Shown here piece after piece: positions 1 to 9,805 of a stretch of 32,000 nt of DNA. How positions within the stretch are numbered: position 1 is the first letter of the stretch; every line of letters begins with the position of its first letter. The stretch covers positions 960,001 through 992,000 of the forward strand of contig NZ_LN831024.1 in the NCBI RefSeq assembly GCF_001457615.1. The letters run 5' to 3'. The DNA is from Pseudomonas aeruginosa (GTDB lineage Bacteria; Pseudomonadota; Gammaproteobacteria; Pseudomonadales; Pseudomonadaceae). The notes beneath the pieces were generated by a model. It did not search any database and was not told where the DNA came from. It saw nothing but the letters and a program-made list of their open reading frames with translations. A program made the translations under genes and the position numbers.

Positions 1-236
1 GCGACTACGCCATGTGCCAGCCGATGCTCGCGCACCTGGGCGTCTCCTCCCTGCGCCTGATGACCAACAATCCGCGCAAGGTCAAGGCGCTGGAAAGCTA
101 CGCCATCACCGTGGCGGAGCGCGTGCCGCTGCAAAAGGGCCTGAACAAGCACAACAGGCGCTACCTGGCGACCAAGGCCGGCAAGCTCGGGCACATGCTC
201 GGCAGCCTGCACCAGGGCGAGGCGGAAACCACGTGA
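1..236 (+). CDS. ribA: GTP cyclohydrolase II (RibA), C-terminal fragment; the 5' end lies outside the window
   Basis: Frame 3 is open from the window edge to TGA 234-236. The tail ...SSLRLMTNNPRKVKALESYAITVAERVPL... matches the conserved RibA C-terminus as I recall it. GC3-rich codons. Confidence 0.85.
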   Translation, partial: DYAMCQPMLAHLGVSSLRLMTNNPRKVKALESYAITVAERVPLQKGLNKHNRRYLATKAGKLGHMLGSLHQGEAETT

Positions 237-652
237 GTCGCCAGCAAGCCCGCGGCGCGCTGGGACGTGCCTGGTGGTTGCAACTGGCGTTGGCGCTGTT
301 GCCGCTGATCCTGGTCGAGTTCTTCCTCGGCGAACTGCAACCCCTTCCCCATGGCCTGGCGATGCCGCTGTTCATCGCCGCGCTGCTGTCGATGTTCGTC
401 AACCTGCCGCTGTTCGGTGCCTACAAGCGTGGTCTCATCGCCACCCAGAAAGCGCTGGATACGGCGGAGGAAGCCGCCGCCTGGACCCGTCTGGCGCAGG
501 TGCGCCGCAAGGCCCTGTTCGGCGCCAGCCTGCCGGCCTGGATCGGCGTGCCGGGTGTGTTCGCCGGGCTCAACGGCGTTGCGCTGATCCTGCTCGGGAT
601 CACCAGCCTGGTGCTGTTCTGGCTCTACCGTATTCCGCGTCAACTCGGTTGA
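233..652 (+). CDS. Small integral membrane protein of unknown function (about 139 aa, 3-4 predicted TM helices)
   Basis: GTG 233 overlaps the ribA stop (GTGA), with GAGG about 10 nt upstream. Hydrophobic segments include WWLQLALALLPLILVEFFL, MPLFIAALLSMFVNLPLF and VFAGLNGVALILLGITSLVLFWL. The stop overlaps the next start (ATGA at 650-654). The upstream part of the 14..652 ORF is a frame overlap with ribA. Start codon uncertain. Confidence 0.6.
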   Translation: MSRQQARGALGRAWWLQLALALLPLILVEFFLGELQPLPHGLAMPLFIAALLSMFVNLPLFGAYKRGLIATQKALDTAEEAAAWTRLAQVRRKALFGASLPAWIGVPGVFAGLNGVALILLGITSLVLFWLYRIPRQLG

Positions 653-1449
653 TGCGCTCGTTCTGGCTGCTCGCCTGCCTGCTCCTCAGCCTTTCCGCCG
701 GGGCGGCGCAGCGGGTGGTCAGCCTGGCGCCTTCGCTGACCGACAGCGTCCTCGAACTCGGCGCCGCGCGCCGCCTGGTCGGCGTGCTGGATGGTGGCGA
801 GCGTCCGGCGGCGATTGGCGACCTGCCTTCCGTCGGCCGCTACGGCCAGGTCAATCTCGAACGCCTGCTGGAACTGCAGCCCGATCTGATCCTGGTCTGG
901 CCCGGCAGCGTGCCCGAGGCGCAGTTGCAGCGTCTGCGGGACTTCGGCATCGCCCTCTTCATCGCCGAACCGCACAGCCTCGACGAACTGGCCCTGCAAC
1001 TGGCTGCGCTGGGCGAGGCATTGGGCGAGGCCGAGGCCGGCCAGCGGCTGTCGACCAGGTTCCGCGAAGGCATGCGGCGCCTGGCCGAGCGCTACCGGCG
1101 GGACAAGCCGCTGAAGGTGTTCTACCAGGTCTGGGACCGGCCGCTGTACACCATTGGCGGACGCCAGGTGATCAGCGATGCGCTGCGCGTCTGCGGTGCC
1201 GAGAACCTGTTCGGCGACCTGCCGCAGCCGGCGCCGCAGGTCAGCGTCGAGGCGGTTCTGGCGCGCGATCCGGCGGTCATCGTCGCCGGCAGTCACGCCC
1301 AGCTCGAACTCTGGCGGCAATGGCCGGCGCTGGCGGCGACGCGGCGCGGACAGCTGTACCGGATCGAAGACAAGAACCTTGAGCGGCCGAGCTTCGCCAT
1401 GCTGGCGGCGACCGAGAAACTCTGCCGCTCGCTCGCCGGGGCGCGCTGA
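652..1449 (+). CDS. Periplasmic binding protein, BtuF/cobalamin-type (class 8 SBP), 265 aa with signal peptide
   Basis: ATG 652 overlaps the upstream stop. Signal peptide MRSFWLLACLLLSLSAGAA. The body (RVVSLAPSLTDSVLELG...LQPDLILVW...KVFYQVWDRPLYTIGG...) resembles BtuF/FecB-type binding proteins. Confidence 0.75.
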   Translation: MRSFWLLACLLLSLSAGAAQRVVSLAPSLTDSVLELGAARRLVGVLDGGERPAAIGDLPSVGRYGQVNLERLLELQPDLILVWPGSVPEAQLQRLRDFGIALFIAEPHSLDELALQLAALGEALGEAEAGQRLSTRFREGMRRLAERYRRDKPLKVFYQVWDRPLYTIGGRQVISDALRVCGAENLFGDLPQPAPQVSVEAVLARDPAVIVAGSHAQLELWRQWPALAATRRGQLYRIEDKNLERPSFAMLAATEKLCRSLAGAR

Positions 1450-1470
1450 ATGCTTGCCGGTATCGCGCTG

Positions 1471-1556
1471 TACCGGCGAATAACGCCGGTGGCGTTATTC
1501 GCCCTACGGGCAATTGGGGGGTAGGGCGAATAACCGCAACGCGGTTATCCGCCGTT
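1471..1556. repeat. REP-like nested palindromes acting as a probable bidirectional terminator between convergent genes
   Basis: Hairpin 1 is GGCGAATAACGCC (1475-1487), loop ggt, GGCGTTATTCGCC (1491-1503), perfect 13 bp. Hairpin 2 is GGCGAATAACCGC (1525-1537) / GCGGTTATCCGCC (1541-1553), one mismatch. An outer inverted repeat CGCCCTAC / GTAGGGCG links the two units. Confidence 0.7.
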
Positions 1557-1572
1557 GTCGCTGGGTTTGGCG

Positions 1573-3456
1573 CTATTGCCGGTCGAGACGCTGGCGTACC
1601 GCCTTTTCGATGCCCGCGGCATCCAGGCCGCATTCGGCGAGCATCTCGCTGGGCTTGGCGTGTTCGACGTAGTAGTCGGGCAGGCCCAGTTGCAGCAGCG
1701 GGACTTCGAGGCCCTCGCTGGCGAGGAACTCGCCGACCGCCGAGCCGGCGCCGCCCATCACGGCGTTTTCCTCGATGGTCACCAGCAGTTCGTGGCTGCC
1801 CGCCAGTTCGCGTACCAGGGCTTCGTCGAGGGGTTTGACGAAACGCATGTCGACGACCGTGGCGTCGAGGCTTTCGGCGACCTTCATCGCCTCCGCCAAC
1901 TGCACGCCGAAGACCAGCAGTGCGACCCTGCCGCCGCGCCGACGGACCACGCCCTTGCCGATCTCCACCGGTTGCAGGTCCGGATCGATCGGATGGTTGG
2001 GGCCGCTGCCGCGCGGATAGCGCACCGCGGCCGGGCCATCGAACAGGTAGCCGGTGGTGAGCAGCTTGCGCAGCTCGTCCTCGTCGCTGGGGGTCATCAC
2101 CAGCATGCCGGGGATGCAGCGCAGGTAGGAGATGTCGAAGCTACCGGCGTGGGTCGGGCCGTCCTCGCCGACCAGGCCGGCGCGGTCGATGGCGAACAGC
2201 ACGTCGAGGTGCTGCACGGCGACGTCATGGATCAACTGGTCGTAGGCGCGCTGGAGGAAGGTCGAGTAGATCGCTACCACCGGCTTCATGCCCTCGCAGG
2301 CCATGCCGGCGGCCAGGGTCACGGCATGCTGTTCGGCGATGGCGACGTCGAAGTAGCGTTCCGGATAACGTTCGCTGAAGGCCACCAGGTCGGAACCTTC
2401 CTTCATCGCCGGGGTGATGCCGAGCAGGCGCGCGTCCTGGGCGGCCATGTCGCACAGCCACTGGCCGAAGACGCTGGAATACTTGGGTCCGCCGGTCTTC
2501 TTCGGCGCACTGCCGGGAGCTTCCAGCTTGGTGATCGCGTGGTAGCCGATCGGATCCAGTTCGGCCGGGGCGAAGCCCTTGCCTTTCTTGGTCACCACAT
2601 GGAGGAACTGCGGGCCCTTCATGTCGCGCATGTTGCGCAGGGTAGCCACCAGGGTCGGCAGGTCGTGGCCGTCGATCGGGCCTATGTAGTTCCAGCCGAG
2701 CTCCTCGAACAGGGTGCCGGGGACCAGCATGCCCTTGGCGTATTCCTCGGTGCGCCGGGCGATCTCCCAGGCCCCGGGCAGGCGCGAGAGCACCTTCTTG
2801 CTGCCCTCGCGCATGCTGCTATAGGTGCGGCTGGAGAGGATCTTCGCCAGGTAGTTGGAGAGCCCGCCGACGTTGTGCGAGATCGACATGTCGTTGTCGT
2901 TGAGGATCACCAGCATGTCGGCGTCGACTTCCGAGGCGTGGTTGAGTGCCTCGAAGGCCATGCCGGCGGTCAGCGCACCGTCGCCGATCACGGCCACCGA
3001 CTTACGCTCCTTGCCTTGCAGGCGGGCGGCGATGGCCATGCCCAGGGCGGCGCTGATGGAGGTGCTGGAGTGGCCGACGCCGAAGGTGTCGTACTCGCTC
3101 TCTGCGCGGCGCGGGAAGGCCGCCAGGCCGTTCTTCTGGCGCAGGGTGCCCATCAGCTCGCGGCGTTCGGTGAGGATCTTGTGCGGATAGGCCTGGTGGC
3201 CGACGTCCCAGACCAGGCGGTCGTCCGGAGTGTCGAAGACGTAATGCAGGGCGATGGTCAGCTCGACCACGCCGAGGCCGGCGCCGAAATGACCGCCGGT
3301 CTGGCCGACGGTATACAGCAGGTACTGGCGCAGCTCGTCGGCCAGGGTTTCCAGGTCCGCCTCGCCCAGCCGGCGCAGTTCGGCCGGCGAAGAGGCGCGG
3401 TCGAGCAGGGGCGTGGCGGGGCGCTCGCGGGGAATCTCATGGAGCGTCTTGGGCAT
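1573..3456 (-). CDS. dxs: 1-deoxy-D-xylulose-5-phosphate synthase, 627 aa
   Basis: Full-length Dxs-like sequence with the TPP-binding [15 protein letters not shown] motif, starting [20 protein letters not shown] chose ATG at 3456; the ORF-track start at 3474 is a TTG six codons upstream. Confidence 0.95.
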   Translation of the reverse strand: MPKTLHEIPRERPATPLLDRASSPAELRRLGEADLETLADELRQYLLYTVGQTGGHFGAGLGVVELTIALHYVFDTPDDRLVWDVGHQAYPHKILTERRELMGTLRQKNGLAAFPRRAESEYDTFGVGHSSTSISAALGMAIAARLQGKERKSVAVIGDGALTAGMAFEALNHASEVDADMLVILNDNDMSISHNVGGLSNYLAKILSSRTYSSMREGSKKVLSRLPGAWEIARRTEEYAKGMLVPGTLFEELGWNYIGPIDGHDLPTLVATLRNMRDMKGPQFLHVVTKKGKGFAPAELDPIGYHAITKLEAPGSAPKKTGGPKYSSVFGQWLCDMAAQDARLLGITPAMKEGSDLVAFSERYPERYFDVAIAEQHAVTLAAGMACEGMKPVVAIYSTFLQRAYDQLIHDVAVQHLDVLFAIDRAGLVGEDGPTHAGSFDISYLRCIPGMLVMTPSDEDELRKLLTTGYLFDGPAAVRYPRGSGPNHPIDPDLQPVEIGKGVVRRRGGRVALLVFGVQLAEAMKVAESLDATVVDMRFVKPLDEALVRELAGSHELLVTIEENAVMGGAGSAVGEFLASEGLEVPLLQLGLPDYYVEHAKPSEMLAECGLDAAGIEKAVRQRLDRQ

Positions 3457-3564
3457 CAGGCTGTCGTTATGCAATCCGGAGAGGCCAGCAGTTTACCTGA
3501 TGCACCGGCCGCGCCCAAGCAAGGGAGCCCCTACCTTTGCCGGGGACTTCCGACGACCCGTCGG

Positions 3565-4452
3565 TCAGTTGCGTCGCTCGACGATGTAGCGGGCCAGTTG
3601 GCGCAGCGGGTCGGCGCTCGGCGGAAAACCGTCGAGGGCGGCCAGGGCCAGGTCGCGCAGCTCCAGGGCATAGCCTTTGGCGGCCTCCAGGCCGAGCAGG
3701 GCGGGATAGGTCGGCTTGTTGTGCGCCTGGTCCTTGCCCTGGGTCTTGCCGAGGGTGGCGGTGTCGCTTTCCACGTCGAGGATGTCGTCCTGCACCTGGA
3801 AGGCCAGGCCGATCGCTTCGGCGTAGCGCTCCAGGGCGGCCAGCGCGGCGGGCTCGGCGCGACCGCTGGCGAGGGCGCCGAGGCGCACGCTGGCTTCGAT
3901 CAGCGCGCCGGTCTTGTGCCGGTGCATGACTTCCAGAGCCGCCTGGTCGAGGGCCACGCCGACCGAGCCGAGGTCGATCGCCTGGCCGCCGACCATGCCG
4001 GCGGAGCCTGCGGCGCGCGCCAGGCGGGTGAGCATTTCCAGACAGACGGCATGTTCCTGCGGATTGCGCCGGGTGTCGGCGAGCACTTCGAAGGCCAGCG
4101 CCTGCAAGCCGTCGGCGGCGAGGATCGCGGTGGCTTCGTCGAAGGCCCGGTGGGTGGTCGGCTGGCCACGGCGCAGGTCGTCGTCGTCCATCGCCGGCAG
4201 GTCGTCGTGGACCAGCGAGTAGGCATGGATCAGCTCCACCGCGCAGGCCGCGGCGTCGGCGCGCTGCGGCGCTCCGCCGAGGGCCTCGCAGGCGGCGTAG
4301 GCGAGCAGCGGGCGAACCCGCTTGCCACCGTTCATCACGCTGTAGCGCATGGCCTCGTAGAGGCGTTGCAGTTCTTCGCGGGGAGCGACGAACAGGGCGT
4401 CCAGGGCGGCATCGACGCGCGCCTGGCAGCGCGCCTGGTAGGCCGCGATCAT
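3565..4452 (-). CDS. ispA: Farnesyl diphosphate (geranyltranstransferase) synthase, 295 aa
   Basis: First Asp-rich motif [17 protein letters not shown] and second [12 protein letters not shown] 4452 overlaps the xseB stop by 4 nt. The longer 3565..4755 ORF is an upstream non-coding extension. Confidence 0.93.
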   Translation of the reverse strand: MIAAYQARCQARVDAALDALFVAPREELQRLYEAMRYSVMNGGKRVRPLLAYAACEALGGAPQRADAAACAVELIHAYSLVHDDLPAMDDDDLRRGQPTTHRAFDEATAILAADGLQALAFEVLADTRRNPQEHAVCLEMLTRLARAAGSAGMVGGQAIDLGSVGVALDQAALEVMHRHKTGALIEASVRLGALASGRAEPAALAALERYAEAIGLAFQVQDDILDVESDTATLGKTQGKDQAHNKPTYPALLGLEAAKGYALELRDLALAALDGFPPSADPLRQLARYIVERRN

Positions 4453-4691
4453 GCCTCGTCGCCTTCCGCATCGAACGGCGCTTCGCTGAGCTCGCCGTCG
4501 CGTTCGAGGAGGATCTGTACCTTCTGTTCGGCCTGGCTCAGCGACGTCTGGCATTCGCGGGTCAGGCGGATGCCCTGCTCGAAGGCGCCCAGCGACTCTT
4601 CCAGCGACAGCTCGCCGCTTTCCAGGCGTTCCACCAGGGTTTGCAGCTCGGTGAGGGACTGTTCGAAATCGAGGGTTTTCTTGCGGGCCAT
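4449..4691 (-). CDS. xseB: Exodeoxyribonuclease VII small subunit, 80 aa
   Basis: [48 protein letters not shown] is a typical XseB helical hairpin. Conserved xseB-ispA-dxs order with translational coupling to ispA. Confidence 0.9.
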   Translation of the reverse strand: MARKKTLDFEQSLTELQTLVERLESGELSLEESLGAFEQGIRLTRECQTSLSQAEQKVQILLERDGELSEAPFDAEGDEA

Positions 4692-4848
4692 CGGGGGAGT
4701 CTCGGCGAGGTGTACAAAACCCCGCGACACTAGCAGAGGGGCGGGGGCCGGGCAAATCGGCGGAAGGTCGCTACGACCGATCGGGACGACCATGGCGGCG
4801 GCCTTGGCTAAGGTGGAGAGAGGTCCAGCGAGGAGGAGCCGACAGGCG

Positions 4849-6018
4849 ATGCGCATCCAGGAGGTCCGGGAACGCAGTATTCCCCTTTCCCGTTACGCCG
4901 GCGTGGCGGCTGCCACCGGTGGTTTGAGCACCAGCCTGGTGGCGGTGCTCACCGATACCGTGCGCGACGGTCGGCGTGTGGTCGGCTACGGCCACGCCTC
5001 GGTAGGGCGCTACGCCCAGGGCGGGCTGATCCGCGAGCGTTTCGCCCCGCGCCTGCTGGGGGCTCCGGCGGACAGCCTGGCGAGCGACGACGGCAGTGGC
5101 ATCGATCCGTTGCGTGCCTGGGACCTGATGATGCGCGACGAGAAGCCCGGCGGCCACGGCGAACGCTGCGTCGCGGTGGGCGCCCTGGACATGGCGCTGT
5201 GGGATGCCGCGGCCAAGGCCGCCGGCCTGCCGCTGCATCGCTTCCTGGCGCGACGCCTGGGGCTGGCGGAAGACTATCCGCAGCGCGTACCGGTCTACGC
5301 CGGCGGCGGCTACCCCTATCCGCACGACGACCTGGGACGCCTGGAAGAGGAACTGCGGCGCTTCGTCGATCTCGGCTACACCCACGCCAAGATCAAGATC
5401 GGCGCGGCCGGGCTGGACCAGGACCGGCGCCGTATCGACAGGGCGCTGCGGGTTCTCGGCGACGCTTCGCGGCTGGCGGTCGACGCGATGAACCGCTACG
5501 ACGCGGAGGGCGCGGTCGACGCAGCGAAAGCCCTGGCGCCGCTGGGGTTGTGGTGGTTCGAGGACATCTGCGACCCCCACGATTTCCCTACCCAGGCCGA
5601 AGTGGCGGATATCTATCCGGGGCCCATCGGTGCCGGCGAGGCCTTGTTCTCCCTGGCCGAGGCTCGCTTGCTGGATCTCTATGGCGGCTTGCGGCGGGAG
5701 CGCGACGTGCTGGTGTTCGACCCCGTGCATTGCTATGGCCTGCCGGGCTACCTGGCGATACTCGACCACCTGTGCCCCCGGGGTTGGCCGCGCGCGGCCT
5801 TCCGCCCGCACGCCGGCTACCTGTTCAGCCTGCACCTGGTGGCGGCCCTGCGCCTGGGTTGGGCCGAGGCTACGCCGTCGGCTTTCCGGCCATTCGACGA
5901 TTTCGCCGGTGCCCTGCCGTTTTCCTCGGGATTGGCGGGATTGCCACAATCGCCTGGTATCGGCTTCGAGCGCCAGGCGACACTTGCCGGGCTGTTCCGC
6001 AAGCTTCTGGAGGCCTAG
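4849..6018 (+). CDS. Enolase-superfamily enzyme (mandelate racemase / muconate lactonizing enzyme family), substrate unknown, 389 aa
   Basis: Motifs YTHAKIKIG (KxK), [17 protein letters not shown] and GAGEALFS (candidate metal ligands D/E/E). AGGAGGAG lies about 10 nt upstream of ATG 4849. An in-frame ATG at 4792 is an alternative start. It is the 3' part of the artefactual 1555..6018 ORF. Confidence 0.8.
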   Translation: MRIQEVRERSIPLSRYAGVAAATGGLSTSLVAVLTDTVRDGRRVVGYGHASVGRYAQGGLIRERFAPRLLGAPADSLASDDGSGIDPLRAWDLMMRDEKPGGHGERCVAVGALDMALWDAAAKAAGLPLHRFLARRLGLAEDYPQRVPVYAGGGYPYPHDDLGRLEEELRRFVDLGYTHAKIKIGAAGLDQDRRRIDRALRVLGDASRLAVDAMNRYDAEGAVDAAKALAPLGLWWFEDICDPHDFPTQAEVADIYPGPIGAGEALFSLAEARLLDLYGGLRRERDVLVFDPVHCYGLPGYLAILDHLCPRGWPRAAFRPHAGYLFSLHLVAALRLGWAEATPSAFRPFDDFAGALPFSSGLAGLPQSPGIGFERQATLAGLFRKLLEA

Positions 6019-6053
6019 AGAACGGTGATTGGCTGGGGTTGTGCGGAGGCATT

Positions 6054-6082
6054 AAAAAAGCCGGCTTGTGGCTGGCTTTTCT
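6054..6082. terminator. Bidirectional rho-independent terminator between the convergent enolase-family gene and the ABC/DUF4340 operon
   Basis: AAAAAAGCCGGC-ttgtg-GCTGGCTTTTCT. A 9-bp stem with one mismatch, flanked by an A-run on one side and a T-run on the other, so it reads as stem plus U-tract on both strands. Confidence 0.65.
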
Positions 6083-6249
6083 GGGGTGGGGTTGGCTTAC
6101 TTCTGATAAGCCGCGCCTGCCTTAGGAATTCTGCATCGACGAGCCGAGGGCTCGTGAAGGAGGCGCTACTCTAGCAAACTCGGCCGGTCCTGCCCAGCAT
6201 CCCGCGGGGCTCTATTTCGCCGGCTGCGAGCGGCGCCTGGCGAGAGCGC

Positions 6250-7257
6250 TCAGCACTTGGGCGACGAGGGCTTGGCCGGCTTGCTTTTCTTCACCGGCGA
6301 CGCCTTGGGTAGCTGGGGCGCGGGAGCGGTATCCGGACTCAGACCCTCCACGCGGTAGCGCCAACCCTTGATGGCTGAGACCTGCCCGTCGGCGAAGCCC
6401 TTGCTGTCGGTCAGTTGCAACCAGTACTGGCGCTCCAGTTCCAGAAGCTGGCCCTGCAGCGTGCCGCCGGCGAAACTCTTGAGCGTGAAGGTCAGCAGCG
6501 GTTTTTGCCGCGAGGCCTTGGCCGGCGCGACCTCCAGCAGCCTGAGCGCAGCGAACAGGCGTGCGGCCTGCTCGGCTTCCGCCTCGCCCATCAACTGTGG
6601 CCTGGATGGGAACTGTCGCAGGCGGATGCCATCGTCCTTTTCGCTGGCTCGGGAAATGTTCAGCCGTACACCGTTGCCATAGGACAGGGTCAGCTCGCGC
6701 AACTGTTCGAATGGCAGGTCGGTCAACCGAGGGTCGAGCAGGGCCAGGTCGTTGACCGGCAGGCCGACCGTTCGGTCGATCAGCCAGGCCCCCTCATCGT
6801 CGGCCTGCCTGACCAACTGCCCGCCCTGCGAGGTGCGCTTGCCCAGCAATAGGACCAGCGGCGGCGCGTCGCCGCGCTCCAGGGTGATCCGGCTGGCCTG
6901 GCCCTTGCCCTGGTCGGAGAGTCCCATGCGTTCGCGGTTTTCCGGCGAGGCGCTCTTTTCCTCCAGCAGGCGCGCGTCGGCCAGGCTGCGCAACAGCTGC
7001 CGGATGGTTTCCCCCGAGGCGGGATAGCCGTCCTTGCTGGCGAGCGTCCAGTCCTTGCCATCGCGCCTGGCGCGGATCGTCGGTTGGCCGGGGGTGGCGA
7101 TGCACAGCGCGGTCACCTGGTGCGGTTTCAGCCCTGGCAGCCAGGCGCGGCTCGCAGGCGGTTGCGCGGACGGTTGCTGCCGTTCGTGGAGCCAGCCCAA
7201 GGTTCCGGCGAACAGCGCCAGGGCGAGAGCGAGTCCCGCTATGCTACCCAGGCGCAT
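6250..7257 (-). CDS. Membrane-anchored periplasmic protein, DUF4340-like, last gene of the ABC operon, 335 aa
   Basis: N-terminal anchor MRLGSIAGLALALALFAGTLGWL. ATG 7257 lies 1 nt from the upstream stop (7259-7261). Lys/Pro-rich tail PKASPVKKSKPAKPSSPKC. The family call comes from my recollection that DUF4340 genes follow GldG-like genes. Confidence 0.75.
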   Translation of the reverse strand: MRLGSIAGLALALALFAGTLGWLHERQQPSAQPPASRAWLPGLKPHQVTALCIATPGQPTIRARRDGKDWTLASKDGYPASGETIRQLLRSLADARLLEEKSASPENRERMGLSDQGKGQASRITLERGDAPPLVLLLGKRTSQGGQLVRQADDEGAWLIDRTVGLPVNDLALLDPRLTDLPFEQLRELTLSYGNGVRLNISRASEKDDGIRLRQFPSRPQLMGEAEAEQAARLFAALRLLEVAPAKASRQKPLLTFTLKSFAGGTLQGQLLELERQYWLQLTDSKGFADGQVSAIKGWRYRVEGLSPDTAPAPQLPKASPVKKSKPAKPSSPKC

Positions 7258-7258
7258 G

Positions 7259-9061
7259 TCAGCCCCTCCTCCGGCGCATGCTGCGCCAGCTCCAATGCAG
7301 CAGGAGGAGCAGGGTGAGGAGCGCCGGCAGCAGGACCGTATTGGCCAGTTTCACCTGTTCCGCCAGGCGCTCGACATCGGCATTCAGCTGGAACTGCAAT
7401 TGACGCAGTTGCTGGCGGATGCGCAATTTGTCATCGATGAAGCGGCGCAGCGTCGCTTCCATTTCCGGAGTCACCTCCTGGTCGCCGGCGTCCATCGATT
7501 GCTGCAAGGTGCGCAGGTTCTTGTCGGTGTCGTTGAGGCTCTGCTGCAGCGCGTTGAGCTGTTCCTGGGCGCGCATCCCGGCTTCGCGTCGGAGCGCTTC
7601 CACGCGGGTGAACGGGCGCTTCGTATGGCCTCGCGAGCGTAGGTCGATCAGCGCGTCCGAACCGGAGAGATAGTCGAGGGCATTGCCGACGAACAGGTCG
7701 TTGTCCGCCCATACCTGCGGCTCGTTGTGGCCGGGCTGTTCCTGGAGCCAGAGCGGATTGCTCAGCAGGTCCGTATCGGCGACCAACAGCACATGGATGT
7801 TCGCGCTGTCGCTCAGGCCTTCGCCTTGCTTCCCGCGGTCCGCGGGGAAGGCACTCGTCGCCGGCCCCTCGACCTTGGCGGCCAGCACGTAGTGTTCTCC
7901 GGTCGGGACCAGGGTGGCGTTGAGCTGCTCCGTCGAGGATTGGCGGAAGCGCTCCAGCGACAGCGGCATGCTGTGCGCCGAGCTGTGCAGCAACGGAATG
8001 AAGCGCGTCGAGGCTCCGCCGAGAGGTTCGAGCAGGCCGACGCTGGCGAGGTTGAGGCTTTCCAGGCCGGTGGTCAGCACGTTGTCGTGGGGGAACGTGT
8101 CGCCGGGGAGGTGCAGCCAGGTCGGATTGCGCTCCGGGCGACGTTCGGCGTTGGGCTTGATCATGGCGAACGAGGCATCCGCCAGCAGGGTATCCGGCCG
8201 CAACTGGACGCCCCAGGAACGCAGCAACGGGGCCAGGTCGGAGCTTTTCCCGCCGTCTGCATCGGCGAGACTCAGAGGGTCGACGAAGGCCAGCAGCTTG
8301 CCGCCGCGCAGGACGAACTGGTCGATGGCGTATTGGGTCTGTTCGGACAATTGCCTGGGGTGCACCAGCATCAACACCGAGACTTCGGCGGGGATTTCCG
8401 TCGAAGCGAGCCCCAGGGTGCGGATGTCGAACTGTTGGTAGAGCTTGTCCATCACCGCCCAGGGCCTGCTGCCCGGCTGCCCGTCGGTGGGCGCCTGCCC
8501 GGCCATCGGCAGCGAGCTCATCAGGCCGACTACCGTGCGTTCCCGCTGTGCGAGTGCCTGGACCAGGCGGCTGAGATCGTATTCCAGAAGCGGCTCTTCT
8601 TCCGGCGAGAAGAACGGGATCACCTGGAGGCCGTCGGTCGGGTTGGTGGCCGCCAGGCCAAAGTAGATGGCTTCGCCATTCGGGCCGATGGGCGGCGCCT
8701 GCAGGCCGAAGCGCGCGGCACGGTCCTCGTCGTCGGAGAATGGCAGGGGATCGATCACGAACAATCGGACATTGCCATGGCTCCGCCGTGCATAGAGGTC
8801 CAGCACTTCCTCGACGCGGCGGGCGTAGTTGCGCAGGGCGGGCAGGTCACTGGCGCGGCTTTTCGAAAAGAACAGGTAGAGGTTGAGCGGTTCGTCGAGA
8901 CTGTCGAGGACTTCCTGGGTGCCGGCGCTGAAGGTGTAGAGCTTCTGCTGGGTGAGGTCGAACTGCTGGTCGCGCAGCAGCAGGCTGGACAGCAGGTTGA
9001 AAGCGAGGAACAGCAGGCCGACCAGCAGCAGGCCGACGCCCGAGTACAGGGTTCGTTTCAT
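7259..9061 (-). CDS. GldG-like auxiliary component of an ABC-type uncharacterised transport system, 600 aa
   Basis: N-terminal TM (LYSGVGLLLVGLLFLAFNLL) and C-terminal TM (VLLPALLTLLLLLHW). Large periplasmic body. Heptad-like coiled-coil stretch near the C-terminus (QEQLNALQQSLNDTDKNLRTLQQS...LRIRQQLRQLQFQLNADVERLAEQ). Follows the ABC-2 permease after a 9-nt gap. Confidence 0.8.
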   Translation of the reverse strand: MKRTLYSGVGLLLVGLLFLAFNLLSSLLLRDQQFDLTQQKLYTFSAGTQEVLDSLDEPLNLYLFFSKSRASDLPALRNYARRVEEVLDLYARRSHGNVRLFVIDPLPFSDDEDRAARFGLQAPPIGPNGEAIYFGLAATNPTDGLQVIPFFSPEEEPLLEYDLSRLVQALAQRERTVVGLMSSLPMAGQAPTDGQPGSRPWAVMDKLYQQFDIRTLGLASTEIPAEVSVLMLVHPRQLSEQTQYAIDQFVLRGGKLLAFVDPLSLADADGGKSSDLAPLLRSWGVQLRPDTLLADASFAMIKPNAERRPERNPTWLHLPGDTFPHDNVLTTGLESLNLASVGLLEPLGGASTRFIPLLHSSAHSMPLSLERFRQSSTEQLNATLVPTGEHYVLAAKVEGPATSAFPADRGKQGEGLSDSANIHVLLVADTDLLSNPLWLQEQPGHNEPQVWADNDLFVGNALDYLSGSDALIDLRSRGHTKRPFTRVEALRREAGMRAQEQLNALQQSLNDTDKNLRTLQQSMDAGDQEVTPEMEATLRRFIDDKLRIRQQLRQLQFQLNADVERLAEQVKLANTVLLPALLTLLLLLHWSWRSMRRRRG

Positions 9062-9070
9062 GGATGTTTC

Positions 9071-9805
9071 CTACGCTGCCTTTTTCAGGTCGATGACGAT
9101 GGTGGTGGCGACCAGCCAGGCGACGATCAGGCTGCAGAAGTAGGCCAGGTCGCGGACGTCGAGCACGCCCCGGCCGAGCGCCTCGAAACGGACCAGCACG
9201 CTCAGCGAGGCAATGCCGTCCAGCAGCCATTGCGGAAGCCAGCCGGAGAGCGCCTGTTGTACGTGGGGAGTGCCGGCGCCGACGAACAGCAGGCAGACGA
9301 GAACGGTCAGGGCAAAGGCGATGATCTGGTTCTTCGCCAGCGCCGACATGCAGGATCCGATGGCCAGGTAGCCGCCGGACAGCAGCCAGCCGGCCAGGTA
9401 GCCGGCGATGATCGCGCCGTTGTCGGGCGAGCCGAGGTAGTTCACCGTCAGCGGCATCGGGAAGGTCAGCAGCAACGCCAGCCCGGCGCAGAACCAGGCC
9501 GCCAGGAACTTGCCGGTGACCAGGGTGGCGCGGGAGACGGGCAGGGTCATCAGCATCTCGATGGAGCCGGACTTGCGCTCCTCGGCCCACAGGCGCATGG
9601 CCAGCGCGGGGATCAGCAGGAGGTAGAGCCAGGGCAGGCTGGAAAAGAACGGCGCCAGGTCGGCCTGGCCGCGCTCGAAGAAGTCGCCCAGGTAGAAGGT
9701 GGCCACGCCAGAGAGGACGAGGAAGATCAGGGTGAACACATAGGCGAGCGGCGTGGCGAAATAGCTGCCCAGCTCGCGTCTAAAAATGGTGCCGATGGCG
9801 GTCAT
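9071..9805 (-). CDS. ABC-2 type permease (GldF-like), 244 aa
   Basis: MTAIGTIFRRELGSYFATPLAYVFTLIFLVLSG, with about 6 hydrophobic helices. ATG 9805 overlaps the ATPase stop 9802-9804 (ATGA). The 9071..10138 ORF extension overlaps the ATPase gene and is rejected. Confidence 0.85.
   Translation of the reverse strand: MTAIGTIFRRELGSYFATPLAYVFTLIFLVLSGVATFYLGDFFERGQADLAPFFSSLPWLYLLLIPALAMRLWAEERKSGSIEMLMTLPVSRATLVTGKFLAAWFCAGLALLLTFPMPLTVNYLGSPDNGAIIAGYLAGWLLSGGYLAIGSCMSALAKNQIIAFALTVLVCLLFVGAGTPHVQQALSGWLPQWLLDGIASLSVLVRFEALGRGVLDVRDLAYFCSLIVAWLVATTIVIDLKKAA

Noticed and set aside
1555-6018. Giant 1487-aa plus-strand ORF
   Set aside because: Its first about 3.3 kb runs antisense to dxs, ispA and xseB, which have unmistakable protein signatures on the minus strand. 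The translation there is Gly/Ala/Arg/Val-rich shadow sequence typical of GC-rich DNA. Only the last 1170 nt (from ATG 4849) encode a recognisable enolase-superfamily protein.
5199-6125. 308-aa alternative-frame plus-strand ORF inside the enolase-family gene
   Set aside because: Arg/Pro/Gly-rich out-of-frame translation. The overlapping frame has the catalytic motifs.
6139-6155. Perfect 7-bp hairpin ACGAGCC-gag-GGCTCGT downstream of the ABC operon
   Set aside because: No U-tract on either strand. The A/T-flanked hairpin at 6054-6082 is the more convincing terminator. Kept only as a note.
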